DNA of 64,000 bases from a virus, in IMG/VR virus record IMGVR_UViG_3300037069_002364, positions 5,500 through 69,499 of that record, one strand, 5' to 3'. The notes beneath the pieces were generated by a model. The model had not been told where the DNA came from. It saw only the letters and a program-made list of their open reading frames with translations, and did no database searches. Below are positions 17,877 through 26,147 of the stretch, one piece after another. Numbering within the stretch: the stretch's first letter is position 1; every line of letters begins with the position of its first letter. The position numbers and the translations under genes are program-made.

Positions 17877-18139
17877 GCCGCCTCCTCTTTGTGGTTGAAT
17901 AGCCCGATTGCGATCATTTTCCACTGGTGGATACTCAGTTCGCAGAGCGCCGCCCGTAGAAGGTCGTAGTCAACCGGGCCGAGCGTGTCGTCGGGTGCAA
18001 TCTCGTGAAGCCGTCGCTGAACGACGGTGGAGAGATGGTCAAAGCCCGCGTTATAGCGGTCGTTCGCCTGCGGTGCCTCCGAGTGGCGCACGCCATAGCC
18101 AAACTCTCTCGTGATAAGTTCGTTGGTCTCGCTGTTCAC
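17873..18139 (-). CDS. Hypothetical protein
   Basis: GTG start coupled to the upstream stop; GAGG RBS. Confidence 0.55.
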   Translation of the reverse strand: MNSETNELITREFGYGVRHSEAPQANDRYNAGFDHLSTVVQRRLHEIAPDDTLGPVDYDLLRAALCELSIHQWKMIAIGLFNHKEEAA

Positions 18140-18435
18140 GCCGCCTCCTCTTTCTTGTCCGTGGCTTCCGCCTTGCCCAACGCGGCCACCTCTCGCAAGA
18201 TGACACGGCGACACTCCAACAACTGCTCTGCGATGGCGGGCAGGTCAACGTGATCGCCATTGAGAAGCAGGGCGAGGGGTCGTTGCAACTCCCGCGTGGC
18301 GTCGAGCGTGTTCATATGCGCGATATAGGCGTTCGCGTACTCCTTGTTCGGACAGGTCGCTACCGCTTTCCAGCCCTTCGGGGTTGGCGTCAATACGACC
18401 GTCGTTTCGTTGTCCGAGATCGTCTTGTAGATCAT
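18136..18435 (-). CDS. Hypothetical protein
   Basis: ORF track; coupled. Confidence 0.6.
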   Translation of the reverse strand: MIYKTISDNETTVVLTPTPKGWKAVATCPNKEYANAYIAHMNTLDATRELQRPLALLLNGDHVDLPAIAEQLLECRRVILREVAALGKAEATDKKEEAA

Positions 18436-18767
18436 GCATTCCTCCGAAACTGTGACGACGAGTAGCCAAGCATGCCGAGGCAGTACCGCAGGACGCCAAT
18501 CGTGATACGGCTCTCGTAGCCGCCGTCAAGGACACGCACAACGTCCTCCGCCCACCGTGGCAGCGCGATGAGCGATATACCCGACATACTGGCAACGTCC
18601 CACTTGCGAATCTTCACGCGCTCGCCCGTGACTTCCGCCGCGAAGGTGTGCAGGGGACAGGCGATGCTGCTGTTCGAGTAGCCAACGAAGTCGTGTTCCT
18701 CCTGCTTCTTTACCCACGTCAGGAACGGCCCCGCGTCGTCAGTGAATATCTCAGCGAGTGTTGTCAT
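18432..18767 (-). CDS. Hypothetical protein, distant Cys-motif paralogue
   Basis: FVGYSNSSIACPLHTF...IALPRWAEDVVRVLD. Confidence 0.6.
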   Translation of the reverse strand: MTTLAEIFTDDAGPFLTWVKKQEEHDFVGYSNSSIACPLHTFAAEVTGERVKIRKWDVASMSGISLIALPRWAEDVVRVLDGGYESRITIGVLRYCLGMLGYSSSQFRRNA

Positions 18768-19465
18768 GCCGCCTCCATATCGAGCAAATCGCTCTCTCGT
18801 AAATCCTCGCCCTCGTCCACATCTTCCGCGCGGCATCGTGCACGATACTCGCTCATCGTCAGTACTTCGACGCCATCACCCCATCGGCTTTTGCCCCACG
18901 CCATATGCTCAGTGCGGCGATCATTCGCATAGACGAGCGTGAGTGGCCTTTCGTCAGGCAAGGCTTCCTGTACCGCTTCGCGTAGGGAGTCAAGGCCGAT
19001 AAATCCCCAACACGAATCGTCATAGGCGAAGTCGAGTCCGGTGAGCGCGTAGCCGTAACACTCGCCGTTGGCCCATCGCTCATATTCCGCAAGCGTGCTG
19101 CGGGCATCGCGTCTGCGACCTTCTTTGGTCGTGCTTCCCATATCGCTTGGGTCGTGCTCCCACACCAGCAGTCCACATATACGGTCGCTCGGGTCGTACT
19201 CCTGCACGTAGACACTGATCCCCTGTGAGCCACCGTCGAGATAGCCGCCCACCGTCCACGCGAGGCCATTGCGCAGTTTCCAGAAGAGGTCGAGGGTGTC
19301 CGGTATCCATCGGTATTCGCGCCAACTGCCACTGCGGTCGGTCATGCGCTCTTCGAGGTCGCGCCCGGTATACAGCGTCCACATGCCATCGCAACTGGTG
19401 AGGGGATTGTCACAATCCTGGTCGTAGTCAATCATCAACTCGACGGCGTGCGTAATCGCGGTCAT
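18764..19465 (-). CDS. Conserved hypothetical phage protein
   Basis: DQDCDNPL...EYERWANGECYGY...DSCWGFIG pattern. Confidence 0.65.
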   Translation of the reverse strand: MTAITHAVELMIDYDQDCDNPLTSCDGMWTLYTGRDLEERMTDRSGSWREYRWIPDTLDLFWKLRNGLAWTVGGYLDGGSQGISVYVQEYDPSDRICGLLVWEHDPSDMGSTTKEGRRRDARSTLAEYERWANGECYGYALTGLDFAYDDSCWGFIGLDSLREAVQEALPDERPLTLVYANDRRTEHMAWGKSRWGDGVEVLTMSEYRARCRAEDVDEGEDLRESDLLDMEAA

Positions 19466-19752
19466 GCTGCCCTCCGTTTTGCCGTATGCTCGTACTGGTA
19501 GTCAGGGCCAAAGAGCGCCTTGCCGCACTGCTCGTCGGCGTTCTCCCACGCACCGACAATCGCATCCTCGAACGAGGCGAAGCGCCCAACGAGCGCGCCA
19601 TCCAGTGTCACGGTGTAGCCGCGTTTGACCTTGCTGATCGTGTGCGGGCAGGTGAGATGCGGAAAGATATTCGCCATGTTCAGCGACCAATGTGTAGGCG
19701 AACCGTGAACAAACCAACTCGCCCTGCGCGTCACCTCAAGTGCGGTTGGCAT
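19462..19752 (-). CDS. Hypothetical protein
   Basis: ORF track; start trimmed to MPTALEV. Confidence 0.5.
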   Translation of the reverse strand: MPTALEVTRRASWFVHGSPTHWSLNMANIFPHLTCPHTISKVKRGYTVTLDGALVGRFASFEDAIVGAWENADEQCGKALFGPDYQYEHTAKRRAA

Positions 19753-20119
19753 GGCGTCGCTCCTTGAATGCACGGATGAAGGTGACGCAATCCTCGGCGC
19801 GAATCAGACGCAGTTCGGATGAGCCAACGTCGTCGTCATCGTCATTGTTGTCCTCGTCGCGTCCGAGGAGATGGTCGAAATCTACCGCAAGGGCGTTGAG
19901 GTCGTCGGGTAGCGCGATGGAGTCAGCCCCGCTCATCACATCGACCATTCCCCACACACCTGATGGGTCAGGGCTGACAATGAATATAACATCGGGATAG
20001 CGATCCCGAAGCGGCATGGCGATCAGGCAAGCGGTGTCGTCACAGGTCGTGGCAAATGCATCGGGATGCTCGACGTAGAATCGTTCCAACTCGTCAATGC
20101 TCGGCAGTTCAATGCTCAC
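19736..20119 (-). CDS. Hypothetical protein, Cys-motif paralogue family
   Basis: ATTCDDTACLIAMPL...YPDVIFIVSP...IALPDDLNALAVDFD. Confidence 0.7.
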   Translation of the reverse strand: MSIELPSIDELERFYVEHPDAFATTCDDTACLIAMPLRDRYPDVIFIVSPDPSGVWGMVDVMSGADSIALPDDLNALAVDFDHLLGRDEDNNDDDDDVGSSELRLIRAEDCVTFIRAFKERRHANRT

Positions 20120-20352
20120 TCGTACACCTCCTGCACATCCTCGGGTGGCGCGACCTTCGTCAGTAGATCGGGGTCAATGAGCGCAAAGGGCAGCGCGATA
20201 GCCTGTCCGTTCTCCTGCGGTTCCAGTACCACCAGCGCGGTCGCCCATGCGCCGGTCGCGAGCACCTGGCACTCGATCATGCCGAGCCGCCCTTCCGCGC
20301 CTGCCGTGCAGACCTCCTTGAAAAACTCCTTGTGCGCATCGGGAATCGTCAT
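20116..20352 (-). CDS. Hypothetical protein
   Basis: MTIPDAHKEFF...IALPFALIDP...KVAPP. Confidence 0.6.
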   Translation of the reverse strand: MTIPDAHKEFFKEVCTAGAEGRLGMIECQVLATGAWATALVVLEPQENGQAIALPFALIDPDLLTKVAPPEDVQEVYE

Positions 20353-20353
20353 G

Positions 20354-20593
20354 TCACTCGCCCTCCTGAAACTCACGAAACGAATCGAGGGAGACAAAGC
20401 CGACTTCGCCGCGTGAGTAGCCTGCCCCGGCATCGAGAAAGCAGACTTCGACGCATTCCTGCACCGTATCCCCGTCGTCCGTGACTTCTGTCTCGCTGCT
20501 CACGACGCTACATTCGAGATCGTGTTCACTGGGGTATGCGTCAAGGGACGCAAAGTGCAGGATCATTCCACGTTCCAGTTCATCGGTTGTCAT
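20354..20593 (-). CDS. Small acidic protein
   Basis: First gene after the promoter at 20627-20655; D/E-rich. Confidence 0.65.
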   Translation of the reverse strand: MTTDELERGMILHFASLDAYPSEHDLECSVVSSETEVTDDGDTVQECVEVCFLDAGAGYSRGEVGFVSLDSFREFQEGE

Positions 20594-20626
20594 ACCGCCC
20601 CCTTTGTCGTACGTTCTTTCATAAGT

Positions 20627-20655
20627 ACATTATCAGGCGCAGGAATCGCATGCAA
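20627..20655 (-). promoter_or_regulatory. sigma70-type promoter (extended -10) overlapped by operator
   Basis: TTGCAT-N17-TAATGT preceded by TG; box at 20613-20628. Confidence 0.65.
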
Positions 20656-20717
20656 GCGTCAGCGCGCAGGCAATGAGAAAGAGCGAGAGGAGCACGCCGA
20701 CCAGAATCGCAGCGAGG

Positions 20718-20873
20718 TTATGCATCGTCTTCTCCGTCGCTATTGGCTCCGCACTTCGGGCAGTAGTCATCAGGAGTTTCGTTGTAGAGTTTTCCGCAGC
20801 GCGGACACTCGTACTCGTATTCGATGTGGCCGTAGTCTTCGCTGTCGTCGTAATACTCGTCGCCGCTATACAT
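20718..20873 (-). CDS. Acidic zinc-ribbon protein, 51 aa; not in ORF track
   Basis: MYSGDEYYDDSEDYGHIEYEYECPRCGKLYNETPDDYCPKCGANSDGEDDA; GAGG RBS. Confidence 0.7.
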   Translation of the reverse strand: MYSGDEYYDDSEDYGHIEYEYECPRCGKLYNETPDDYCPKCGANSDGEDDA

Positions 20874-21099
20874 CGGTAGCCTCTTTCGTCAGCGATTGGA
20901 AGTATTCAGGGCCATCGCTCCATCCCCAATAGGTCGCGAGTGCGAGCATTTCCTCGCGCACATCATCGTCCAGATTCTCGAAGCCGAGGACGCCGACAGA
21001 TTCGCAGATTTCGCCTGTCCCCTCGTGCTCCGCGCCACGGACCGCACGGGAGAGTGAGAACATCAGGGCTTGCATGAGCATGTTTTCGCGCTCAGTCAT
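20866..21099 (-). CDS. Hypothetical protein
   Basis: ORF track; GGAGG RBS. Confidence 0.6.
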   Translation of the reverse strand: MTERENMLMQALMFSLSRAVRGAEHEGTGEICESVGVLGFENLDDDVREEMLALATYWGWSDGPEYFQSLTKEATDV

Positions 21100-21256
21100 C
21101 GTCGCCCTCCTCGGTCATCGTCGCGGTGAGCCATGCGGGATACTCGGAACCGGCGAGGCGATCAGCGACGATTTCGGCGCAGAGTTCGTTGATGCGACTT
21201 TCCAGTTCCGGCCCGTCCGCATCGGCCTCGATGACCAGCGTGATTTGTACTGTCAT
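21092..21256 (-). CDS. Hypothetical protein, 54 aa; not in ORF track
   Basis: MTVQITLVIEADADGPELESRINELC...; ATG overlaps the upstream TAA. Confidence 0.55.
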   Translation of the reverse strand: MTVQITLVIEADADGPELESRINELCAEIVADRLAGSEYPAWLTATMTEEGDDD

Positions 21257-21561
21257 TACTCGTCCTCCTCCTCGTCCTCGCCCGCTTCGTCTCCGGGTTC
21301 GATGGCGAGTGATTCATAGGTATCACCCGTTTGCTCGTCCACGAGCGAATCCATCTCGACCTCGGCGCTCTCGACGGTGGTGCCGGGAGGCATGCGATGG
21401 CCGATGTCACCGTGGAAAAACTCACCGACCTCCGCTGCGTGGCATTCCTGCTCGGCTTGACGCTTGGCGTCTGCAAGCGACTCCGCCTCGATCTGAAAGG
21501 TCTTGCTCCACGGGATCGTGACGGTGTACTCGATGTCGTAGTGAAACGTGTACTCTTTCAT
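21256..21561 (-). CDS. Hypothetical acidic protein
   Basis: MKEYTFHYDIEYTV...EAGEDEEEDE. Confidence 0.6.
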   Translation of the reverse strand: MKEYTFHYDIEYTVTIPWSKTFQIEAESLADAKRQAEQECHAAEVGEFFHGDIGHRMPPGTTVESAEVEMDSLVDEQTGDTYESLAIEPGDEAGEDEEEDE

Positions 21562-22136
21562 ATGGCGCTCTCCTCGCGTTGTGGGCCAATCGGCGCATCG
21601 TTCCGCACGGCAGCAATAAGATCGTCGGAGGAGAGCCACTGGCAGGCGGTGATAGGAACGCGCATGTCGCCGTGTCGGGTCGCAAAGCAGAGTGTCTTGC
21701 GATTGACTTTGGTCACAATCACGTAGCCGCCCCCCAGTGGGGAGTAGATACGATCACCGACACGCACACACGTCGTCGCCGCGAAGCGGTTACTCCGGCC
21801 CGCGATGGAGAGTCGCTGTGAGTAATCGGCTTCCTCGCGGTCGCGCTGGTAGTGGAAGATGGCGGTTTTCGTCTCACTCGTCACGCCCTCGTCGGTCAGG
21901 GCGAAGTCGCCACGCTCGAAGGCTTCCACGATGAGTCGGAGCCACGTCCGCTTGATGGCGAAAGAGGCAGACCACTCCTGTCGCCGCGTAGCGTCGTATC
22001 GCGCTTGCGCCTGCTTGCCCAAAGTGCTGTACTGCCACGGGCTAATCTCTGCGATATAGGGCTGGTGGACACCCATCATCGCCTGATACTCGCTCGCGGT
22101 CTGTTGCCACACGGGGCGCGTGATCGTCGTGGTCAT
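21558..22136 (-). CDS. Hypothetical protein
   Basis: Start trimmed to MTTTITRPVW (coupled to upstream stop); SH3-like C-terminus VRVGDRIY...VTKVNRKT. Confidence 0.6.
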   Translation of the reverse strand: MTTTITRPVWQQTASEYQAMMGVHQPYIAEISPWQYSTLGKQAQARYDATRRQEWSASFAIKRTWLRLIVEAFERGDFALTDEGVTSETKTAIFHYQRDREEADYSQRLSIAGRSNRFAATTCVRVGDRIYSPLGGGYVIVTKVNRKTLCFATRHGDMRVPITACQWLSSDDLIAAVRNDAPIGPQREESAI

Positions 22137-22489
22137 CGTTCCCCCATCTCTTCGGCGCGGGCCAGAATGCCACGGTGCGCCCGGATCGCCTCGATTGCGA
22201 AGCGTACGTGGTCGTGCATCTCGCGCTTGCTGTACGATTGCAGGCCGTAGGGTCGGTGGACTTTGAGGATGCGCGCACCGACCGGCGCGAAATCCTGCTC
22301 CTTGGTCGTGTACCGATAGATGCCGAAGTAGTAGCGCCCGTTGCGCACGGCGTGACTTTCGAGTGTCAGATCGCCCGGTCGTGGCGTCAGTTTGTGCGCC
22401 TGCCCTTCGGGGATATACGCGACGCCCAGTGTGTCCGCGAGGTATTCCATCGCGTTGTGCAGGGCGAGATTCGTCACGCGCTCGCTCAT
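22133..22489 (-). CDS. Hypothetical protein
   Basis: ORF track; GGAGG RBS. Confidence 0.6.
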   Translation of the reverse strand: MSERVTNLALHNAMEYLADTLGVAYIPEGQAHKLTPRPGDLTLESHAVRNGRYYFGIYRYTTKEQDFAPVGARILKVHRPYGLQSYSKREMHDHVRFAIEAIRAHRGILARAEEMGER

Positions 22490-22740
22490 TGGTCTTCTCC
22501 TCCTGTTTCGCCTGCATAGAGGAAGATGCAGGGCCGGTGGATAATGTCGCCGCGCTGATTCGGGAAGGCGCGGAAGCCACTGCGATACGTTGTCACGGGC
22601 CGCGTCGTGCCGTCCTCCAACTCGACATAGACCTCGACACGATGCGGCATCGCATGGGTGCCACCATTCGGATAGCGGAAGCCGTGCGCGACCTCCTCAA
22701 TCGCATTCATCACCTGTCGCCCGTTGTATGGCTCGATCAT
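22486..22740 (-). CDS. Hypothetical protein
   Basis: ORF track; coupled. Confidence 0.55.
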   Translation of the reverse strand: MIEPYNGRQVMNAIEEVAHGFRYPNGGTHAMPHRVEVYVELEDGTTRPVTTYRSGFRAFPNQRGDIIHRPCIFLYAGETGGEDQ

Positions 22741-22940
22741 CAGTCCCGTCCCTTCCGGTTGAGGCGGGCGGTGTATCGCCGCTCGATCTGCGTGATGCGC
22801 ATCCGCTCCGCCTTGTTGCCATCGCGCCAGAGTGGGCCGAGGGCGTCCAAGTCCTGCCAGTGTTTGTATTGCGCATCAGGCGCATGCTGGCGCAGGTGGT
22901 TACGTGTATGCAACCAGCGGCGTAGAAGGTCCGTCGTCAT
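22740..22940 (-). CDS. Hypothetical protein
   Basis: ORF track; coupled. Confidence 0.55.
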   Translation of the reverse strand: MTTDLLRRWLHTRNHLRQHAPDAQYKHWQDLDALGPLWRDGNKAERMRITQIERRYTARLNRKGRD

Positions 22941-23137
22941 CAGTCGCCTCCCTCATAGTCATCGCTGATAAACTCCACCGCGTCATAGAGTGATTCCGCC
23001 TTGTAGCGGCACGCGCCACCAACAAGGACGGCGAATCGCCCGCTGTACAGTTCGCGCACGCGGTACTCGACGCCGCGATACACTGTGCCAAGCACACGGC
23101 TCGATAGCCGCGTGAAGTGCAAGCCAGAGAGTGTCAT
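22940..23137 (-). CDS. Hypothetical protein
   Basis: ORF track; coupled. Confidence 0.55.
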   Translation of the reverse strand: MTLSGLHFTRLSSRVLGTVYRGVEYRVRELYSGRFAVLVGGACRYKAESLYDAVEFISDDYEGGD

Positions 23138-23149
23138 GGGATTGTCCTT

Positions 23150-23536
23150 TCAGAGATAGAGCGTGGGGTCTTCGTCACTGTTCATCAGCGAGGAGAGCGC
23201 GTGGCCGTACCCCTCGTCGCTCAGGGTCGGCTTACCCGTACCCTTGCACGTTTCGCAGGGCCAGCGTTCCTTGCCCGTGCCCGCACAGGCGATGCATTCC
23301 GTCGCCTCGGAATAGTGGGGGCGGATGTACTTCATCCAGTACCCCTTGCCGCGGCACGACTCGCATTCCCGATGGCCGGTGCCGCGACACTGCGGGCATT
23401 TCGTTCCCATCCCGCAGCACTCGCAGCCCTGCCCGCTGAGAAATGCGATGCGCTCGGCCTCGTCCATCTCGTGATAGACAAAATAGACATCGGCGGGTTC
23501 GCCACATTTTCTGCAACAGATGTCAGCCAATGCCAC
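23150..23536 (-). CDS. DnaJ-type CxxCxGxG zinc-finger protein
   Basis: CPQCRGTG, CESCRGKG, CIACAGTG, CETCKGTG, plus N-terminal CRKCG and CECCG. Confidence 0.75.
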   Translation of the reverse strand: MALADICCRKCGEPADVYFVYHEMDEAERIAFLSGQGCECCGMGTKCPQCRGTGHRECESCRGKGYWMKYIRPHYSEATECIACAGTGKERWPCETCKGTGKPTLSDEGYGHALSSLMNSDEDPTLYL

Positions 23537-23708
23537 GCTCCTTCTCGTATGCCATCAGGTCGCAATAGCATTGGAGGTAGTAGATGGCGCGGGCGATGAG
23601 GCCGCGATCCGCGCCAAAGATTTCGAGGCCGTTGATGCACTCCTCCACTTCTCGAATCTCCGCGTCGTCATCAAACTCCTGCTCATCCACCACGGGTAGG
23701 TCGCTCAC
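23523..23708 (-). CDS. Hypothetical acidic protein
   Basis: GTG start coupled to the upstream stop. Confidence 0.5.
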   Translation of the reverse strand: MSDLPVVDEQEFDDDAEIREVEECINGLEIFGADRGLIARAIYYLQCYCDLMAYEKERGIG

Positions 23709-23953
23709 GCTGGCACCCCTTCCGCGCACGGCATCGCCGCAATGTAGTTCGCGTGTATGTACGCTATCGGCCCCAGATCGATCATGCGCTCCCCGACACG
23801 CACCTCAAAGTCGAGGTCGGGTCGTTGCGCCTGCATGTGCATGCCGATCAGACAATCGGACGGCGAGCCGCAGACACCGACAATCGCATTGTCCGGTAGA
23901 CGCGATACGCGCTCGAATATCTCCTGCACAGTCGGGATCGTTGGCTCGTTCAC
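23705..23953 (-). CDS. Shortened member of the Cys-motif paralogue family
   Basis: IPTVQEIFERV...IVGVCGSPSDCLIGMHM...PDLDFEV; lacks the C-terminal LP..FD part. Confidence 0.6.
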   Translation of the reverse strand: MNEPTIPTVQEIFERVSRLPDNAIVGVCGSPSDCLIGMHMQAQRPDLDFEVRVGERMIDLGPIAYIHANYIAAMPCAEGVPA

Positions 23954-24054
23954 TTCGCCTCCTCCTTCGCTTTCTTCGCCTTCACCTGTAGTGCCCGCAG
24001 TTCCGCATCCACTTTGCGCAGATACGGCCAGACGGGTGTGCCGCCCTTCTTCAT
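23950..24054 (-). CDS. Small basic peptide, 34 aa; not in ORF track
   Basis: MKKGGTPVWPYLRKVDAELRALQVKAKKAKEEAK; GGAGG RBS; box at 24093-24108 upstream. Confidence 0.5.
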   Translation of the reverse strand: MKKGGTPVWPYLRKVDAELRALQVKAKKAKEEAK

Positions 24055-24096
24055 CACGATGCCTCCATTTCTGCGTGAGCGCCCCGGAGAGCGTTC

Positions 24097-24411
24097 TTAC
24101 ACAAGAACAGCACTCCGCACGCCTTTTGCGTAGCAACGCGCCTCGTGCGCGACCACAGCGCGTACCGCGTCCTCGATAGAGTCGAACCAGCCCCAGAAGC
24201 CACGCTCGGTGTCGTACGTGTTGTCGCCGCAGCAGACCTGCCCGTTATCGAGGAAGAGTTCAAAATCGTAGAAGCGATCAGGATTCCAGAGGCTTTTGGT
24301 GTAGAAGCGCACGGGTCGGCCCATGCTCGTCGGCACGGTATGGGGAATGCGCTGCATGCGAAAGCCGTCAACGACCGTCCATCCGGCATTGTTTTCCACC
24401 AGTTCGTACAT
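24097..24411 (-). CDS. Hypothetical protein
   Basis: ORF track; stop codon lies inside an operator box. Confidence 0.6.
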   Translation of the reverse strand: MYELVENNAGWTVVDGFRMQRIPHTVPTSMGRPVRFYTKSLWNPDRFYDFELFLDNGQVCCGDNTYDTERGFWGWFDSIEDAVRAVVAHEARCYAKGVRSAVLV

Positions 24412-24599
24412 TACGACACCTCCCGCGCCAGCATCGCCGCCAGTTCGTCGTCGGTGTGGATTTCAGCCAACACCGCGATCTCTGGATGGGCACACTCCAT
24501 CTCGCGCATCGCCGCATCGAGCGCAAAGGCGAGTTCGGGTTGCTCGTTACGCATGTAGGACAAGGCCAGTTCACAATAGGCACGTTCCTCGCTTGTCAT
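24411..24599 (-). CDS. Hypothetical protein
   Basis: ORF track; coupled. Confidence 0.55.
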   Translation of the reverse strand: MTSEERAYCELALSYMRNEQPELAFALDAAMREMECAHPEIAVLAEIHTDDELAAMLAREVS

Positions 24600-24775
24600 G
24601 ACACCTCCCGCCCATCCACGGACTGCTCATGCGTGGGATGGGTGTACTTCGCCATATGCTCGCGGTATTTCTCCCACTCGTACTGTGAGTAGACGGTGCC
24701 GGGTTGCTCAGGCGCGGCAGTGCGCCGCTCGTCCTGCTCGATGAGAATGGCGAGGTCGTCCCAGAGTTTACTCAT
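24596..24775 (-). CDS. Hypothetical protein
   Basis: MSKLWDDLAILIEQ...; preceded by two coupled micro-ORFs at 24772-24867 and 24864-24947. Confidence 0.5.
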   Translation of the reverse strand: MSKLWDDLAILIEQDERRTAAPEQPGTVYSQYEWEKYREHMAKYTHPTHEQSVDGREVS

Positions 24776-25047
24776 GGCGTGATCTCCTCTCGATGGATCA
24801 TCGTCTGCGCCACCGCTCGATAGCGCCGCCTGGTGAGATAGGCGCGAAAGGCCGCGAAGATCGTCATGGGGTCGCCTCCACTGCTTCGATGACTTCGACA
24901 ATCTCTCCGCTGCGATAGGTCGCCAGGAGCGCGCGCTCGATGTCCATGACTCGTTCCTCCCGTTCGTGCGTCCATCGCACCATGCTGCCGACAACGGCTC
25001 GTCATCGGCAGACAGGTGAGAGCGGCGCTCAGGCGTAGCCCATCGCG

Positions 25048-25170
25048 TTAGATAATGCCGCGCTTCCTGGCGATCTCGCGTGCCTGCGCCGCGCTACTGG
25101 CGTAGATGTAGACAAAGCGCCATTTGCCGTGGGGGATGACGTAGATCGCCATCCCTGTATCGCTTTTCAT
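25048..25170 (-). CDS. Hypothetical protein, 40 aa
   Basis: MKSDTGMAIYVIPHGKWRFVYIYASSAAQAREIARKRGII. Confidence 0.45.
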   Translation of the reverse strand: MKSDTGMAIYVIPHGKWRFVYIYASSAAQAREIARKRGII

Positions 25171-25180
25171 GGCTCGTTTC

Positions 25181-25492
25181 TCATTTCTTGAACCGATGGA
25201 CGATGCTCGATACGCGCCGCTTGATCGCGGAGCCAACATGCCGCGCGCCGCTCGATAGACGGTGCACATGGCTCGTTACATGGGGCAGTGAAACGTGCCG
25301 CACGCTCGATACATGCCGCACGCTCGATGTGTGCACGCTCGATGTACGCACGCTCGCTCGATGGGTCGTGGTCGTTGAGCGGTGCGTGGTCGTCGTGCGG
25401 TGCGTGGTCGTGACATGCGTAGCAGCGTCCACGGTCGGTGCGCCGAGGATCAGGGAGAGCGCGAGCGCCGCGCCTGCGATCTGCTTCTTCAT
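25181..25492 (-). CDS. Predicted exported His/Thr/Ser/Arg/Val-rich low-complexity protein
   Basis: Signal peptide MKKQIAGAALALSLILGAPTVDA, then TTTHR/SSVRHV repeats. Confidence 0.65.
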   Translation of the reverse strand: MKKQIAGAALALSLILGAPTVDAATHVTTTHRTTTTHRSTTTTHRASVRTSSVHTSSVRHVSSVRHVSLPHVTSHVHRLSSGARHVGSAIKRRVSSIVHRFKK

Positions 25493-25824
25493 GCCAGTAA
25501 CCACAACAGCCATTGCGCCGCGCGCCGTTCTGCCGCGATCTCCTCATGGTGCTCCCATGTCCGGGGATGCGTGTCCATGAGCCGGGTTTGGTAGTGTGAC
25601 GCATAGAGCGCCAGCGCCCCGCGTGCAAACGCCGGTTCCACCATGCCGAGCGCGGTCGTCGCGCCCTCCAGTACCGTCAGGTAGCCGCGTGCGCCCGTGA
25701 TCGCGAAGCCGTTCCGCTCCGCCAGTGCGCCCCGGAGTTCCTGTTCCTTCATCTCCCGTTTCACGCTGATCGCGTCTCTGAGTGTCGTCGGGATCACGAT
25801 GTGGGTTTCTGCCTGTGCGCTCAT
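25489..25824 (-). CDS. Hypothetical protein
   Basis: ORF track; coupled. Confidence 0.6.
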   Translation of the reverse strand: MSAQAETHIVIPTTLRDAISVKREMKEQELRGALAERNGFAITGARGYLTVLEGATTALGMVEPAFARGALALYASHYQTRLMDTHPRTWEHHEEIAAERRAAQWLLWLLA

Positions 25825-26066
25825 GCCTGGTTTCCCTTCGCACCTTGCAATTTCGCGATCTGGCGCTCAATCGCGGCCAGCCGTTGCTGCTCTTCCCGTG
25901 TCTCTTGCTGGTACGTGTACAGGAGGCCAACACCAATCGCGTCTGAGGCGTATCCCTCGTGCGCCTGCGCGTATTTGAGGTTTCGGGCGATCGCCGCTGA
26001 TTCCTGTTTCAACCGGCGAATATCCGTGATGCCCTGAATGTCGCGTGCGTCCCACATCACCTGCAT
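25821..26066 (-). CDS. Hypothetical coiled-coil protein
   Basis: AAAGGAG RBS; box at 26100-26115 upstream. Confidence 0.6.
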   Translation of the reverse strand: MQVMWDARDIQGITDIRRLKQESAAIARNLKYAQAHEGYASDAIGVGLLYTYQQETREEQQRLAAIERQIAKLQGAKGNQA

Positions 26067-26147
26067 CGCCCTGCTCCTTTCATCCTACGCCATCCATCTG
26101 TACTTACACAAGTACATGGCGTGGCGCTCTCTCGCGTGTGTGTGCGC

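Noticed and set aside
20673-20879. Plus-strand hydrophobic ORF resembling a membrane protein
   Set aside because: Antisense of the acidic Zn-ribbon gene 20718-20873, which fits operon direction and has an RBS.
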